Positions 1 to 8,480 are shown, counted from the first letter of the stretch. The stretch: DNA of 37,150 nt from Armatimonadota bacterium (GCA_043754515.1 JAYUUO010000143.1:1-37150); one strand, 5' to 3'. Program-made: numbers and translations. The notes: generated by a model from the sequence alone, not told the origin.

Positions 1-118
1 TCCCGCGCTCCGTCTAGCAAGGCCGACACGGTTCACCCCCACGCTCGTGGGGCATAGAAGCGCAAAACCGCGCTTTCACGTCGGCGACACGGTTCACCCC
101 CACGCTCGTGGGGCATAG
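1..118 (-). CRISPR. Inverted (fold-back) copy of part of the CRISPR array: 2 repeats in reverse orientation
   Basis: CGGTTCACCCCCACGCTCGTGGGGCATAG at 29-57 and 90-118. Positions 1-74 are the exact reverse complement of 117-190. Confidence 0.9.
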
Positions 119-133
119 CGCGGTTTTGCGCTT

Positions 134-1322
134 CTATGCCCCACGAGCGTGGGGGTGAACCGTGTCGGCCTTGCTAGACGGAGCGCGGGAAGTGCTATGC
201 CCCACGAGCGTGGGGGTGAACCGATCGAGGCTGCCGCGCCGCGCCGGTTCAAGAACTATGCCCCACGAGCGTGGGGGTGAACCGGGTCGCCGAGGAACTA
301 GTGGCCGGATTCGCGGCTATGCCCCACGAGCGTGGGGGTGAACCCGAAGGCTGTGATCCCGGATGGGCCGCGCAAGGCTATGCCCCACGAGCGTGGGGGT
401 GAACCGTGGACAAGGCGACGAACACCGCCCCACCCCACCTATGCCCCACGAGCGTGGGGGTGAACCGGGTCAGGCTTTAGCGTCGGGCGGGTAAACGCAC
501 TATGCCCCACGAGCGTGGGGGTGAACCGTCCTTCCCTCCGTGGAACTTGACGAGGAATGGCTATGCCCCACGAGCGTGGGGGTGAACCGAATCGCATGTT
601 GCGCTAATCAGGCGCAACGTCCTATGCCCCACGAGCGTGGGGGTGAACCGGTCTTCTTGATGATGAACCCGGTATGGCTGAACTATGCCCCACGAGCGTG
701 GGGGTGAACCGGGATCGAACTATGAAACTAACCCCACTACAACCTATGCCCCACGAGCGTGGGGGTGAACCGGAAACAAAGTTGCTGAAACTCACTTCGG
801 TTTACTATGCCCCACGAGCGTGGGGGTGAACCGCGGGTGACACGATCGGCAGGAGTATCGGGGTCCTATGCCCCACGAGCGTGGGGGTGAACCGAAACTC
901 GCCGGGGTGCCCGGCCTTGACCTCGACTATGCCCCACGAGCGTGGGGGTGAACCGGACGCGAAGCGGGTAGCCGAAGAATTGGTAGCCTATGCCCCACGA
1001 GCGTGGGGGTGAACCGTTAAGCGGTGGTTATGAACAATTTCTTCGGCACCTATGCCCCACGAGCGTGGGGGTGAACCGGGGGGGTGGCTTTTGCGCCGCG
1101 AAGCGTCGAGCTATGCCCCACGAGCGTGGGGGTGAACCGCGAACTGAGGCTCCCGATCGTCGGGAACAGCGCTATGCCCCACGAGCGTGGGGGTGAACCG
1201 GGCGTTGCCAGTTGACCCACTTTTCCCACGCACTATGCCCCACGAGCGTGGGGGTGAACCGGCATTACGCACCCCTTCCCGCTGTAACTAGCACTATGCC
1301 CCACGAGCGTGGGGGTGAACCG
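134..1322 (+). CRISPR. Type I-E-like CRISPR array, 20 repeats and 19 complete spacers
   Basis: 29-bp repeat CTATGCCCCACGAGCGTGGGGGTGAACCG with a 61-bp period (starts 134, 195 ... 988, 1050 ... 1294). Spacers are 32 bp, with one of 33 bp. The CCCCAC/GTGGGG hairpin and the 3' GTGAACCG handle match the type I-E repeat pattern. No cas genes in the window. Confidence 0.97.
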
Positions 1323-1335
1323 GAAGGAAACGAAC

Positions 1336-1431
1336 TAAGTAATCGGTCTGAATAAAGTTTAGCTAAAAATCGTTCGTTTCACTCTCGAAGTAGGTCGAAC
1401 TTAGTCAAACTTTATTCAGACCGATTACTTA
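1336..1431. repeat. 25-bp perfect inverted repeat in the AT-rich region between the array and the ATPase gene
   Basis: TAAGTAATCGGTCTGAATAAAGTTT (1336-1360) and AAACTTTATTCAGACCGATTACTTA (1407-1431). Confidence 0.9.
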
Positions 1432-1444
1432 CAGGAACGAAATT

Positions 1445-3505
1445 ATGAATAACGAACTGACCATCGCCGCCGACCTGTCGCTACCCCTCGAACTCGTGAC
1501 CGAGACGATAGCCATTCTCGCGAAAAAGGGGGCCAGGAAGAGTTATGCCGCCTCGGTGCTCGCGGAGGAGATGCTCGGTGCCGGGGCGCATGTGGTCGTC
1601 ATTGACTCCCCCGGCGTCTGGTGGGGCTTGCGGGCGGGCGCGGACGGCGACCCGGCGGAGGGCCTGCCGATAGTGATCGTCGGCGGCGACCACGCCGACC
1701 TGCCACTCGACCCGTCCCAAGGCGCGGCGGTCGCCGACCTGGTGGTGGTGGAGCGCGTGTCGTGCGTACCCGACGTGCGGCGGCTCCCGCGCCGGGAGGT
1801 GATCCGCTTCCTGACCGCGTTCCTGACCCGACTCTACGAGACGAACCGCGACGCCCTGCACCTGATTGTTGACGAGGCGGACCTCGTGGTGCCGCAGATG
1901 CCCGGCGCGGACGGCCAGCAGCTCCTAGAGGCGATGGATAACATCGTGCGGCGCGGGCGGTCAGCCGGCCTCGGCTGCACCTTAATCACCCAGCGCCCGG
2001 CGGTGCTGAACAAAAACGTCCTGACGCAGGTCGAGGTACTCCTCGCGATGCGTCTGACCGGATCGCCCGACCGCAAGGCCATCGGCGAATGGTTCGCGGC
2101 GCACGGGTCCGACGCCGAGCGCAAGGCGGTCGCGGAGTCGCTGGCGACGCTCGGCGTCGGCGAGGGCTGGTTCTGGTCGCCGAACATCCTGGGGGGCGTT
2201 TTGCGCCGCATCCGGACACGCCGACGGCGCACGTTCGATTCGAGCGCGACCCCGAAGGTAGGCGAGGCGGTACGCGAGCCCCTGGCACTCGCGAACGTGG
2301 ACATGGCGTCGCTCGCGGCACGGTTCGCGTCGCAACTCGACGCGGCGAAAGAGAACGACGTCGAAGTACTGAAGGCGAGGATAGCGGATCTCAAAAGGCA
2401 GGTATTGCTCGCATCGCCTCCGGAGCGCGTCGAAATAGCGGTGAAATCGGCAAAACTCGTTTTGCCTGAGATCGTGGAGCGCATCGTGGAGGTGCCGGTA
2501 CTCGCGGCGGGCGAGGTGGACAGGCTCGGCGATATGCGCGACTCGATGGTGGGCACGGCGAAAGATTTGATGAATATGGCGGGCGAGATCACGGCGCGCC
2601 TCGCCGCGTTCGTACCTTTTGCGGCGTCCCCCTCCGGAGCGGCAGAGAAAGCGGATGCCCCCGCTCCGGTCAGCCCCGCCCCACGGCCACGGCCCACCAG
2701 CAGGCGCGCCGTGATCTCGCCCGTCCTGACCTTAGCGACAAACGATCTTGCTATCCCGCCGACGCAGCCGATGCAGCCGATCAGCCTTTCCTGGGAGGGG
2801 GCGAGAGGCGATCCGCAGCTCACCTCCGGCTCCCAGGATGTGAGCACCGTCACAGGCGGGGGCGATGCCGCTACCAACGATCCAAGCAACGTATTTAGTA
2901 GCAAACGTTACAACGTTACAACGTTACAACGTCCGTTCACCGAGAACCCGTTCGCCTCCGCACGCGAAAATGCTCCGCATTTCTCGGCACCGGAGAAGCC
3001 GCCCCGCGCGATTCCCCTGGATAACTCCCAGAGGAAATTGATCAACGCGCTGGCGTCCTTCGCGGCTCTCGGGGTGCGGTGCGTGTCGCGCGAGAACGCA
3101 GCGACGTGGGCGGGGTATTCGGCGGACGGGGGGCGATTCGCCGCTATCACCCGCGATCTGAAAAAGATGGGCATGATCACATACCCGACTCCGGGGGAAC
3201 TCGCCCTCACCGATGCGGGCGCGGCGGCGGCGGATCCGGTCGTAAGCCGCCCACGCGGGCGGACCTGCACGGGGCGTGGCTGTCCCGCCTCCCCGGTACC
3301 CCAGCAGAGGATGCTCTCCGAGCTGCTGAAAGTCTACCCGAAGGGTCTCACCAGGGACGCGCTCGCGGCGCGGCTCGACCTGTCGTCCTCGGGCGGGAGC
3401 TTCGCGGAGAACGTGCGCGAACTCAAGAACCTGGGACTCGCCGGGTATCCCCGGTCGGGGTCCGTCGCGGCGACACTCCTACTCTTCTCGGAAGGACTCG
3501 CGTAG
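1445..3505 (+). CDS. HerA/FtsK-like (DUF87-type) P-loop ATPase with a C-terminal winged-helix-like region
   Basis: Walker A-like AILAKKGARKSY (degenerate), Walker B LIVDEAD, and RRGRSAGLG..LITQRPA motif typical of HerA/FtsK ATPases. Confidence 0.8.
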   Translation: MNNELTIAADLSLPLELVTETIAILAKKGARKSYAASVLAEEMLGAGAHVVVIDSPGVWWGLRAGADGDPAEGLPIVIVGGDHADLPLDPSQGAAVADLVVVERVSCVPDVRRLPRREVIRFLTAFLTRLYETNRDALHLIVDEADLVVPQMPGADGQQLLEAMDNIVRRGRSAGLGCTLITQRPAVLNKNVLTQVEVLLAMRLTGSPDRKAIGEWFAAHGSDAERKAVAESLATLGVGEGWFWSPNILGGVLRRIRTRRRRTFDSSATPKVGEAVREPLALANVDMASLAARFASQLDAAKENDVEVLKARIADLKRQVLLASPPERVEIAVKSAKLVLPEIVERIVEVPVLAAGEVDRLGDMRDSMVGTAKDLMNMAGEITARLAAFVPFAASPSGAAEKADAPAPVSPAPRPRPTSRRAVISPVLTLATNDLAIPPTQPMQPISLSWEGARGDPQLTSGSQDVSTVTGGGDAATNDPSNVFSSKRYNVTTLQRPFTENPFASARENAPHFSAPEKPPRAIPLDNSQRKLINALASFAALGVRCVSRENAATWAGYSADGGRFAAITRDLKKMGMITYPTPGELALTDAGAAAADPVVSRPRGRTCTGRGCPASPVPQQRMLSELLKVYPKGLTRDALAARLDLSSSGGSFAENVRELKNLGLAGYPRSGSVAATLLLFSEGLA
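2447..2470 (-). repeat. 24-bp hairpin element, family A, in frame in the ATPase gene
   Basis: TCGGCAAAACTCGTTTTGCCTGAG. Its reverse complement shares 22 bp with the copy at 7216-7237. Encodes SAKLVLPE. Confidence 0.75.
2904..2932 (+). repeat. AACGTTAC tandem repeat (3.6 copies), candidate centromere-like site
   Basis: AACGTTAC at 2904, 2912 and 2920. The same 8-mer occurs at 4775, 4783 and 5879. Confidence 0.7.
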
Positions 3506-3596
3506 CGAGACGACCCCGAGCGAGGGATCCTCTTGGGGCTTGTTCCAGGAGAATAGGGACCCGCGCAAAAAAAACCGGGAGTTGCCCGCCGAAGAC

Positions 3597-3625
3597 TTGA
3601 CACGCGTCCCCCGAGATATTATACT
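3597..3625 (+). promoter_or_regulatory. sigma70-type promoter for the AAA/RHH/rep operon
   Basis: TTGACA (3597-3602), 17-bp spacer, TATACT (3620-3625). AGGAGG RBS just before the ATG at 3762. Confidence 0.8.
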
Positions 3626-3631
3626 CCTGTA

Positions 3632-3664
3632 ACCGCAGGTTGTAACTAACTTACAACCTGCGGT
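3632..3664. promoter_or_regulatory. 14-5-14 inverted repeat at the predicted transcription start; candidate operator
   Basis: ACCGCAGGTTGTAA-ctaac-TTACAACCTGCGGT. Its TTACAAC core is shared with the AACGTTAC tandem repeats. Confidence 0.65.
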
Positions 3665-3761
3665 AGCATTCAGAGTATCGGCACACGGCGCGGGGGCTTG
3701 GTACAGAATTCGTTCGTACCGAGCGACGGTTTCCCGCCGCGCGGCCGCCTTAGGAGGAAAC

Positions 3762-4598
3762 ATGGCAGGCTATATCGAGCATTTCGGCCTCAGAATGAAA
3801 CCGTTCGCCACCACGCCGGACCCGCGCTTCGCCTACGGGACGCCGGAGCACCAATCCGCCGTACTCAAGATCCAGTTCACGGTCGAGGAACAACAGGGCA
3901 TGTTCCTGCTTCAGGGAGAAGTCGGCACCGGCAAGACCACTGTAAGCCAGTTCCTGATGAACGACTGGCGCCAGGACAAATCGTTCGCTGTCGCGCACAT
4001 CACCAACCCGTCCGTGCGCACCCCGACGCAGTTTCTGCGGCTCCTTCTGTCGAGCTTCGGCGTCGCGCCGCCGCACCTCCAGTCCGACAACTGGGAGGCA
4101 CTGCGCACGTTCCTCGTCGGTAACCACCGGGACGGGAAGACCACGGTGCTAGTGATAGACGAAGCACAGACCGTGAGCGCGGAGAACATGGAGACGCTCA
4201 CGCACATCAGCAACGAGCAGACCCAGTCGAGCAAGCTGATACAGATAGTGCTCCTCGCGCAGCCGAACATCGCCCGGAAGCTCTCGTACAAGCCCGCTTT
4301 CCGGGACCGGATCGCGAACGGCATGGTGCTGAACCCCCTCTCCCCGGAAGCGTCGGTGGCCCTGCTCCGCTTCCGGCTCACGGTAGCGGGCGGCAACTTC
4401 GACGACCTGTTCCCCGACCCGGCGACGCACCGCCGGATCTACGGGAGTACGAAGGGCGTCCCGAGGCGGCTGTGCATGCTCTGCGACAACGCCCTGCTGA
4501 ACGCCTACGCACGCGGCAAGTCGGTCGTGGACGACGCCACGATCACCGAAGCACTGAACGACCTTTCGTTCAAAGGATGGAAGGATAAATCCGAATGA
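3762..4598 (+). CDS. ExeA/GspA-like AAA ATPase
   Basis: N-terminal YIEHFGLRMKPFATTPDPRF, Walker A GEVGTGKTT, Walker B LVIDEAQ, C-terminal GVPRRLCMLCDNALL, all typical of ExeA-family AAA proteins. Confidence 0.88.
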   Translation: MAGYIEHFGLRMKPFATTPDPRFAYGTPEHQSAVLKIQFTVEEQQGMFLLQGEVGTGKTTVSQFLMNDWRQDKSFAVAHITNPSVRTPTQFLRLLLSSFGVAPPHLQSDNWEALRTFLVGNHRDGKTTVLVIDEAQTVSAENMETLTHISNEQTQSSKLIQIVLLAQPNIARKLSYKPAFRDRIANGMVLNPLSPEASVALLRFRLTVAGGNFDDLFPDPATHRRIYGSTKGVPRRLCMLCDNALLNAYARGKSVVDDATITEALNDLSFKGWKDKSE

Positions 4599-5203
4599 GT
4601 CTGGTCATGCCCAAGCGCGGCGGCGCGGCGATCGCGCTCGCCGAACTCAACGCGGAACACGCCCCCCGCGAAAATCCCGCAGCGGATGCCCCGAGCGAGT
4701 ATTCCTTACCACCCCCCGCAGGCGAGGTTCCCACGCCCGGCGCACGCGGGAGGAGCCCTCGAAACTTGGTAACGAACGTTACAACGTTACAAGATTCTAA
4801 CGATTCTTATACCGATACAACGAACGTTTCAACGCCCGAAGTGTCGGGCGTTCGTGAGGGCGAACGCACAAACGGGGAACAATCGTGGCGATTTTCCGGC
4901 GCGGGGGCGGGTGTCACGGGGGGAGAAAAGACCGCATGGGACAACTTCTCGGAGCGCGGGATCCGCGCCCGGAAGGCGATCCAAATAGCCGACGACGACG
5001 AGAAGCAGGGCGACATCGCCGTGGTCACGATCCGGGTCTCCGCGAGACTCGCCCGCTACATGGATCAGTACACGTCGCGGCGTAGCGAGACCGACCCGAA
5101 AGGGGCGCGCAAGTACCGGAAGCAGGACGCCGTCGCCGAGGCGTTCGCCGCGTTCTACGCCGATCACGTCATGCCGCCGGCACCGGCGGGGGAGGAACTG
5201 TAA
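4595..5203 (+). CDS. Small protein with a disordered N-terminus and a C-terminal ribbon-helix-helix-like domain (ParG/CopG-like adaptor candidate)
   Basis: ATGA overlap with the upstream gene. The C-terminus VVTIRVSARLARYMDQY...KQDAVAEAFAAFY fits a beta-alpha-alpha pattern. Confidence 0.6.
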   Translation: MSLVMPKRGGAAIALAELNAEHAPRENPAADAPSEYSLPPPAGEVPTPGARGRSPRNLVTNVTTLQDSNDSYTDTTNVSTPEVSGVREGERTNGEQSWRFSGAGAGVTGGEKTAWDNFSERGIRARKAIQIADDDEKQGDIAVVTIRVSARLARYMDQYTSRRSETDPKGARKYRKQDAVAEAFAAFYADHVMPPAPAGEEL

Positions 5204-6271
5204 GTGGGCAATTCAGAGAAGCCGCCTCCACACACAATTTGCGGCAGTTTTGTGGAACAGGCGAAACGAGTTTCGCTAGGTCGAGCGGCTTTCTTGAGCG
5301 ACCCGGACAAAGTTCCACCGGGGAAACCACGCCGCGATTTCGCCGGGTTCCAGCCGCTGGAGGCGAACTTTACCCCGACCCCCAACGCCTTTTTCGACAA
5401 GGTGATGGGACACTACCCGCTGCGCGTCGTGTCCGTGGTCGCCATCCTGATCCGCGCGACAAGCGGGTGGCGCGACTCGGTGACGGGGGAGAAGCGCGTC
5501 GAGGCGGAGCTGGCGCTGAGCGATTTCGTCCGCCCGGAGTTGTCCCTGAACTCCGCGCGGCAGGGGATCCGGGAGGCGATAGCCGCCGGGTTCGTGGTCG
5601 AGACCGCCGCCCCGACCAACCGCGACGGCACGCGGTACGCGCTCCGCTGGGCGGACGACGGCGCACTCAGGACCGCCGTCGAGCGTCAACGCAGGGCGAA
5701 CGGCGACGCGCGGGAGCTGTCCGGCGCGTTGTTCTCGTGTGTTTCCGGGGATCCGACATCTGGACCTCCAATATCTGGACCCCCACGATTTGGGGGTCCA
5801 AAATCCGCACCCCCTATATATAAAGAAACGTTCTCTGGAAAAGAAACCGTTAGTTCTAACGTCTTAGAGAAACCGTTGAACGTTACGCAAACCGACATAG
5901 ACCGGCTTCTGACTCGGGGGGGAACGTTCAACGGCGAGGACAGAGATATGTATAACAACCTGGTGATAGGACCGGTACGAGAAATCATCAGTCTCACGGC
6001 CGACGGCAAGAGCGCGTCCCGCTTCGTCCAGCTCCGAGAGATCTGTTTGCGCACGGAGACGCTCGCGGCGTGGTCCGCCGCGCTCACCGGACTCCGGAGT
6101 CGTTGCGCCACGCCGACGGCGCGTAAGGTGGGCAAGCCCGGCGCGTGGTTCAACGTCGCGTGCGTCAAGGAACTCGAGAAGCGGGGCGTGATCGTGCCGA
6201 GCCGGGCGGACGAAGGGGAGCGCGACGAGGTGCGCGGCATGATCGCGGAGTCGCTGGGGATGGGCGAATGA
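5204..6271 (+). CDS. Putative replication initiator (phage O/RepA-like winged helix)
   Basis: N-terminal NFTPTPNAFFDKVM..ILIRATSGW motif of phage replication proteins, a central iteron-encoded low-complexity stretch, and C-terminal KPGAWF. Confidence 0.72.
   Translation: MGNSEKPPPHTICGSFVEQAKRVSLGRAAFLSDPDKVPPGKPRRDFAGFQPLEANFTPTPNAFFDKVMGHYPLRVVSVVAILIRATSGWRDSVTGEKRVEAELALSDFVRPELSLNSARQGIREAIAAGFVVETAAPTNRDGTRYALRWADDGALRTAVERQRRANGDARELSGALFSCVSGDPTSGPPISGPPRFGGPKSAPPIYKETFSGKETVSSNVLEKPLNVTQTDIDRLLTRGGTFNGEDRDMYNNLVIGPVREIISLTADGKSASRFVQLREICLRTETLAAWSAALTGLRSRCATPTARKVGKPGAWFNVACVKELEKRGVIVPSRADEGERDEVRGMIAESLGMGE
5213..5296 (+). mobile_element. 84-bp composite hairpin element (family B shell holding E and A units), in frame at the rep 5' end
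   Basis: TCAGAGAAGCCGCC...GCGGCTTTCTTG. The 57-bp interior is the exact reverse complement of the interior of the copy at 12633-12716. Confidence 0.85.
5747..5935. other. Candidate replication origin inside the rep gene (iterons plus AT-rich tract)
   Basis: ATCTGGACCTCCA (5758), ATCTGGACCCCCA (5773), inverted TGGGGGTCCA (5791) and ATCCGCACCCCCT (5803) at about 15-bp spacing, followed by AT-rich 5815-5870. Layout resembles the lambda O origin. Confidence 0.62.
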
Positions 6272-7095
6272 ACACACCGAACGAACTGACGGCATGCGGG
6301 ACGGCCGGATCTTCTTCCATCCGTCCTCGCCTGTTATCCGTGGAGAAGGCAATGACAAGGGAAAAACGTCCCGCTTGTTTCGTACCCAACAAATTACAGA
6401 TGGAGTATCTGCGCGGAGCCTGCGAATCGCCAACCGGCGAGATCGCCGAGTTCACATATCGCGCCTCGGGCCGGAACTTCGCCGCGCTGGAAAAACGCCG
6501 CGTTTCGAGAAAAACCGCGGCGGTTTTCTCTTGTTCCCTAGATGCTCTGGTGGATGCGGGATTCCTGCTCCCCGCCCCGTGCGCCGACACGGACGACTAC
6601 CTGGCCCGGTACCGGATCACCGAACCGGGGCGCGAAATAGTCCGCGAGAAGGACGCCCGCGAGCGTGTCCTGACTATCAACATGGACGGCGGGCCGACCG
6701 GTGGCACTGTCGAATGGTCGCCCGCCGCGCCTGCCGACCCGCTCTGGTGGGAGTTCACGAGTTACGGAGACGGCACGGGGCACTACCTAGCGGCGCGCGC
6801 GGGACGTTCTTACCGGATCGACTTCCCGGTGATCACGGGCGAAGTGGCACCGAAGGTGCGATTATGGCTGATCTGCTGGCGGATACGGGACAAATGGGCC
6901 GCCCGTTTTCCCCCGTACTACGATCCCCGGCAGACGGAAGGGAGACGCGTCGCGCCGATACTCGCCGGGGCGAAGGAGGTCTGCCGTGTCCACGCCCTGA
7001 CGGGCGTGTGGACTGACGAGCCCGTGGATGTTGAGCGACTGGTCGGCGGCTCGCCTGCCGGGACTTCCGCCGGTGACGGCGCGGGGGCTGGGTAG
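6268..7095 (+). CDS. Hypothetical protein
   Basis: ATG at 6268 overlaps the rep stop (ATGA). Carries in-frame hairpin elements at 6358-6381 and 6489-6537. Confidence 0.6.
   Translation: MNTPNELTACGTAGSSSIRPRLLSVEKAMTREKRPACFVPNKLQMEYLRGACESPTGEIAEFTYRASGRNFAALEKRRVSRKTAAVFSCSLDALVDAGFLLPAPCADTDDYLARYRITEPGREIVREKDARERVLTINMDGGPTGGTVEWSPAAPADPLWWEFTSYGDGTGHYLAARAGRSYRIDFPVITGEVAPKVRLWLICWRIRDKWAARFPPYYDPRQTEGRRVAPILAGAKEVCRVHALTGVWTDEPVDVERLVGGSPAGTSAGDGAGAG
6489..6537 (+). repeat. Nested hairpins: 27-bp family C-like unit inside a family D unit, in frame
   Basis: GGAAAAACGCCGCGT[TTCGAGAAAAACCGCGGCGGTTTTCTC]TTGTTCC. Confidence 0.7.
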
Positions 7096-7100
7096 GCATA

Positions 7101-8279
7101 ATGCACTGTTATGGGAACCTAGAAACCCGCGAAACCGCACCCCAAGCCGGGCCGACCAAGCCGGGCGTCCCCAGGCCGGACCCCGGCGCGGGCGAAAATG
7201 CCGCATTCGGGACAACAGGCAAAACGAGTTTTGCCGATGCCGCGTTTTCCCTTGTCGCGGGTCCGTCGCCGCTCCTTCCGGACGCGCCCCGCGTCGTCGA
7301 TGAGATCCTCCTCCAGGTCACGCGCGGCTACAAGGCCGGTGCCCGTTCGGGGAGCACCCAGAACGCCTATGGGAGCGACTGGCGGCACTTCGCCGCCTGG
7401 TGCGCCGCGGGCGGCTACGAGCCCCTCCCCGCCGAGCCGCAGACCGTGGAGTTCTACCTCGCCGACCACGCCCCCAGCGGGCGGCCCGGCTCGCTCTCCC
7501 TCTCCACCCTGAGCCGCCGCCTGGTCGGGATCGCCCACGCTCACCGCGAGGCGGGGTACGAGAGCGCGACGGCGGCGCGCTCCGTGCGCGATACCCTCCA
7601 GGGCATCCGCCGCGCCGCGGCCGACGGCGGGCGGGCCGGCGTCCGGCAGGCGACCCCGATCCTGATCGAGGACCTGCGCGAGATCCTGGGGGCCCTCGCG
7701 GTGCGCGTCGCGGCGGCGGGCACTTCCCCCGCCCGTCTCCTCCCGCTCCGCGACCGGGCGATGCTGCTCTTCGAGTTCTCGTGCGCCCTGCGCGCCGGGG
7801 AGGTGGGGATGCTGAACGTCTCCGACCTGCGCGAGGTGGGCAGGAAGGGCTACATCGTCACGCTGCGCCGCTCGAAGACGGACCAGATGGCGAAGGGGGC
7901 GCAGATCGCGGTGGCGCACGGTGCGAACCCGGGGACGTGCCCCGTGATCGCGCTGCGGGAGTGGCTCGGGGCGGCGGGGATCACGTCGGGCCCGCTGTTC
8001 CCGCGCGTGGACCGGCACGGCAACGTGGGCAAGATCGGGATCACCCGCAAGGGGATAACGATCGCCGTGAAACGCGCGGCGCGGTACGCGGGCCTGGACC
8101 CGTCGGGCTACTCCGGACACTCGCTGCGCGCCGGCCTCGCGACGTCCGCCGCCTTGATGAACGCGCCGTACGCCAAGATCAAGGAGCAGGGTCGTTGGAA
8201 GAGCGACCGGGTACTCGGCAGGTACATCCGCGACGCCGAACTGTTCCGCGACAACGCCGCGACCAGCACCGGCCTGTGA
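7101..8279 (+). CDS. Tyrosine recombinase, Cre-like subfamily (start uncertain)
   Basis: STQNAYGSDWRHF N-terminal domain, RDRAMLL..ALRAGE (Arg I), RSKTDQ (Lys), YSGHSLRAG (H-x-x-R), GRW..VLGRY (Trp and catalytic Tyr). Confidence 0.92.
   Translation: MHCYGNLETRETAPQAGPTKPGVPRPDPGAGENAAFGTTGKTSFADAAFSLVAGPSPLLPDAPRVVDEILLQVTRGYKAGARSGSTQNAYGSDWRHFAAWCAAGGYEPLPAEPQTVEFYLADHAPSGRPGSLSLSTLSRRLVGIAHAHREAGYESATAARSVRDTLQGIRRAAADGGRAGVRQATPILIEDLREILGALAVRVAAAGTSPARLLPLRDRAMLLFEFSCALRAGEVGMLNVSDLREVGRKGYIVTLRRSKTDQMAKGAQIAVAHGANPGTCPVIALREWLGAAGITSGPLFPRVDRHGNVGKIGITRKGITIAVKRAARYAGLDPSGYSGHSLRAGLATSAALMNAPYAKIKEQGRWKSDRVLGRYIRDAELFRDNAATSTGL
7214..7237 (+). repeat. 24-bp family A hairpin nested in a family D remnant
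   Basis: AACAGGCAAAACGAGTTTTGCCGA flanked by TCGGGAC and TGCCGCGTTTTCCC. Confidence 0.7.
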
Positions 8280-8327
8280 CGGACGCGCCGCGTGGATGCC
8301 ACTGACGCTCTCGAGCGGGGAAATAAA

Positions 8328-8480
8328 AGGCGAGAATCGCCCGCGCGGAGGAAATCGGCAAAATACTTTTGCCTGTACGCGGCGTTCCGGCAGATCGGCG
8401 AAACGAGACAGGTGAAGACGAGTCTTCACCGATTTGCCTGTCTTCGTGGAAAAACGCGGCGTTTGTTCCGTCTCGCCTGT
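8328..8480. repeat. Intergenic cluster of nested hairpin elements (families A and D)
   Basis: A at 8355-8376. A inside A: TCGGCGAAACGAGA[CAGGTGAAGACGAGTCTTCACCGA]TTTGCCTGT at 8395-8441. D at about 8448-8470. Outer arms AGGCGAGA and TCTCGCCT. Confidence 0.8.

Noticed and set aside
990..1196. 68-aa ORF MPHERGGEP...
   Set aside because: It is a translation of CRISPR repeats and spacers.
1323..1444. AT-rich region as the CRISPR leader
   Set aside because: The type I-E repeat polarity (3' end GTGAACCG) places the leader at the left end, outside the window.
3632..3664. loxP-like site for the Cre-like recombinase
   Set aside because: The geometry is 14-5-14 and it sits exactly at a promoter +1 while sharing the TTACAAC core, so an operator is the simpler reading. 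A recombination site is not formally excluded.
1445..8279. cas genes or a CRISPR-associated transposon (ExeA-like ATPase as TnsC)
   Set aside because: No Cas, TnsB/DDE or TniQ motifs are recognisable. The ATPase is coupled to RHH and rep genes instead.
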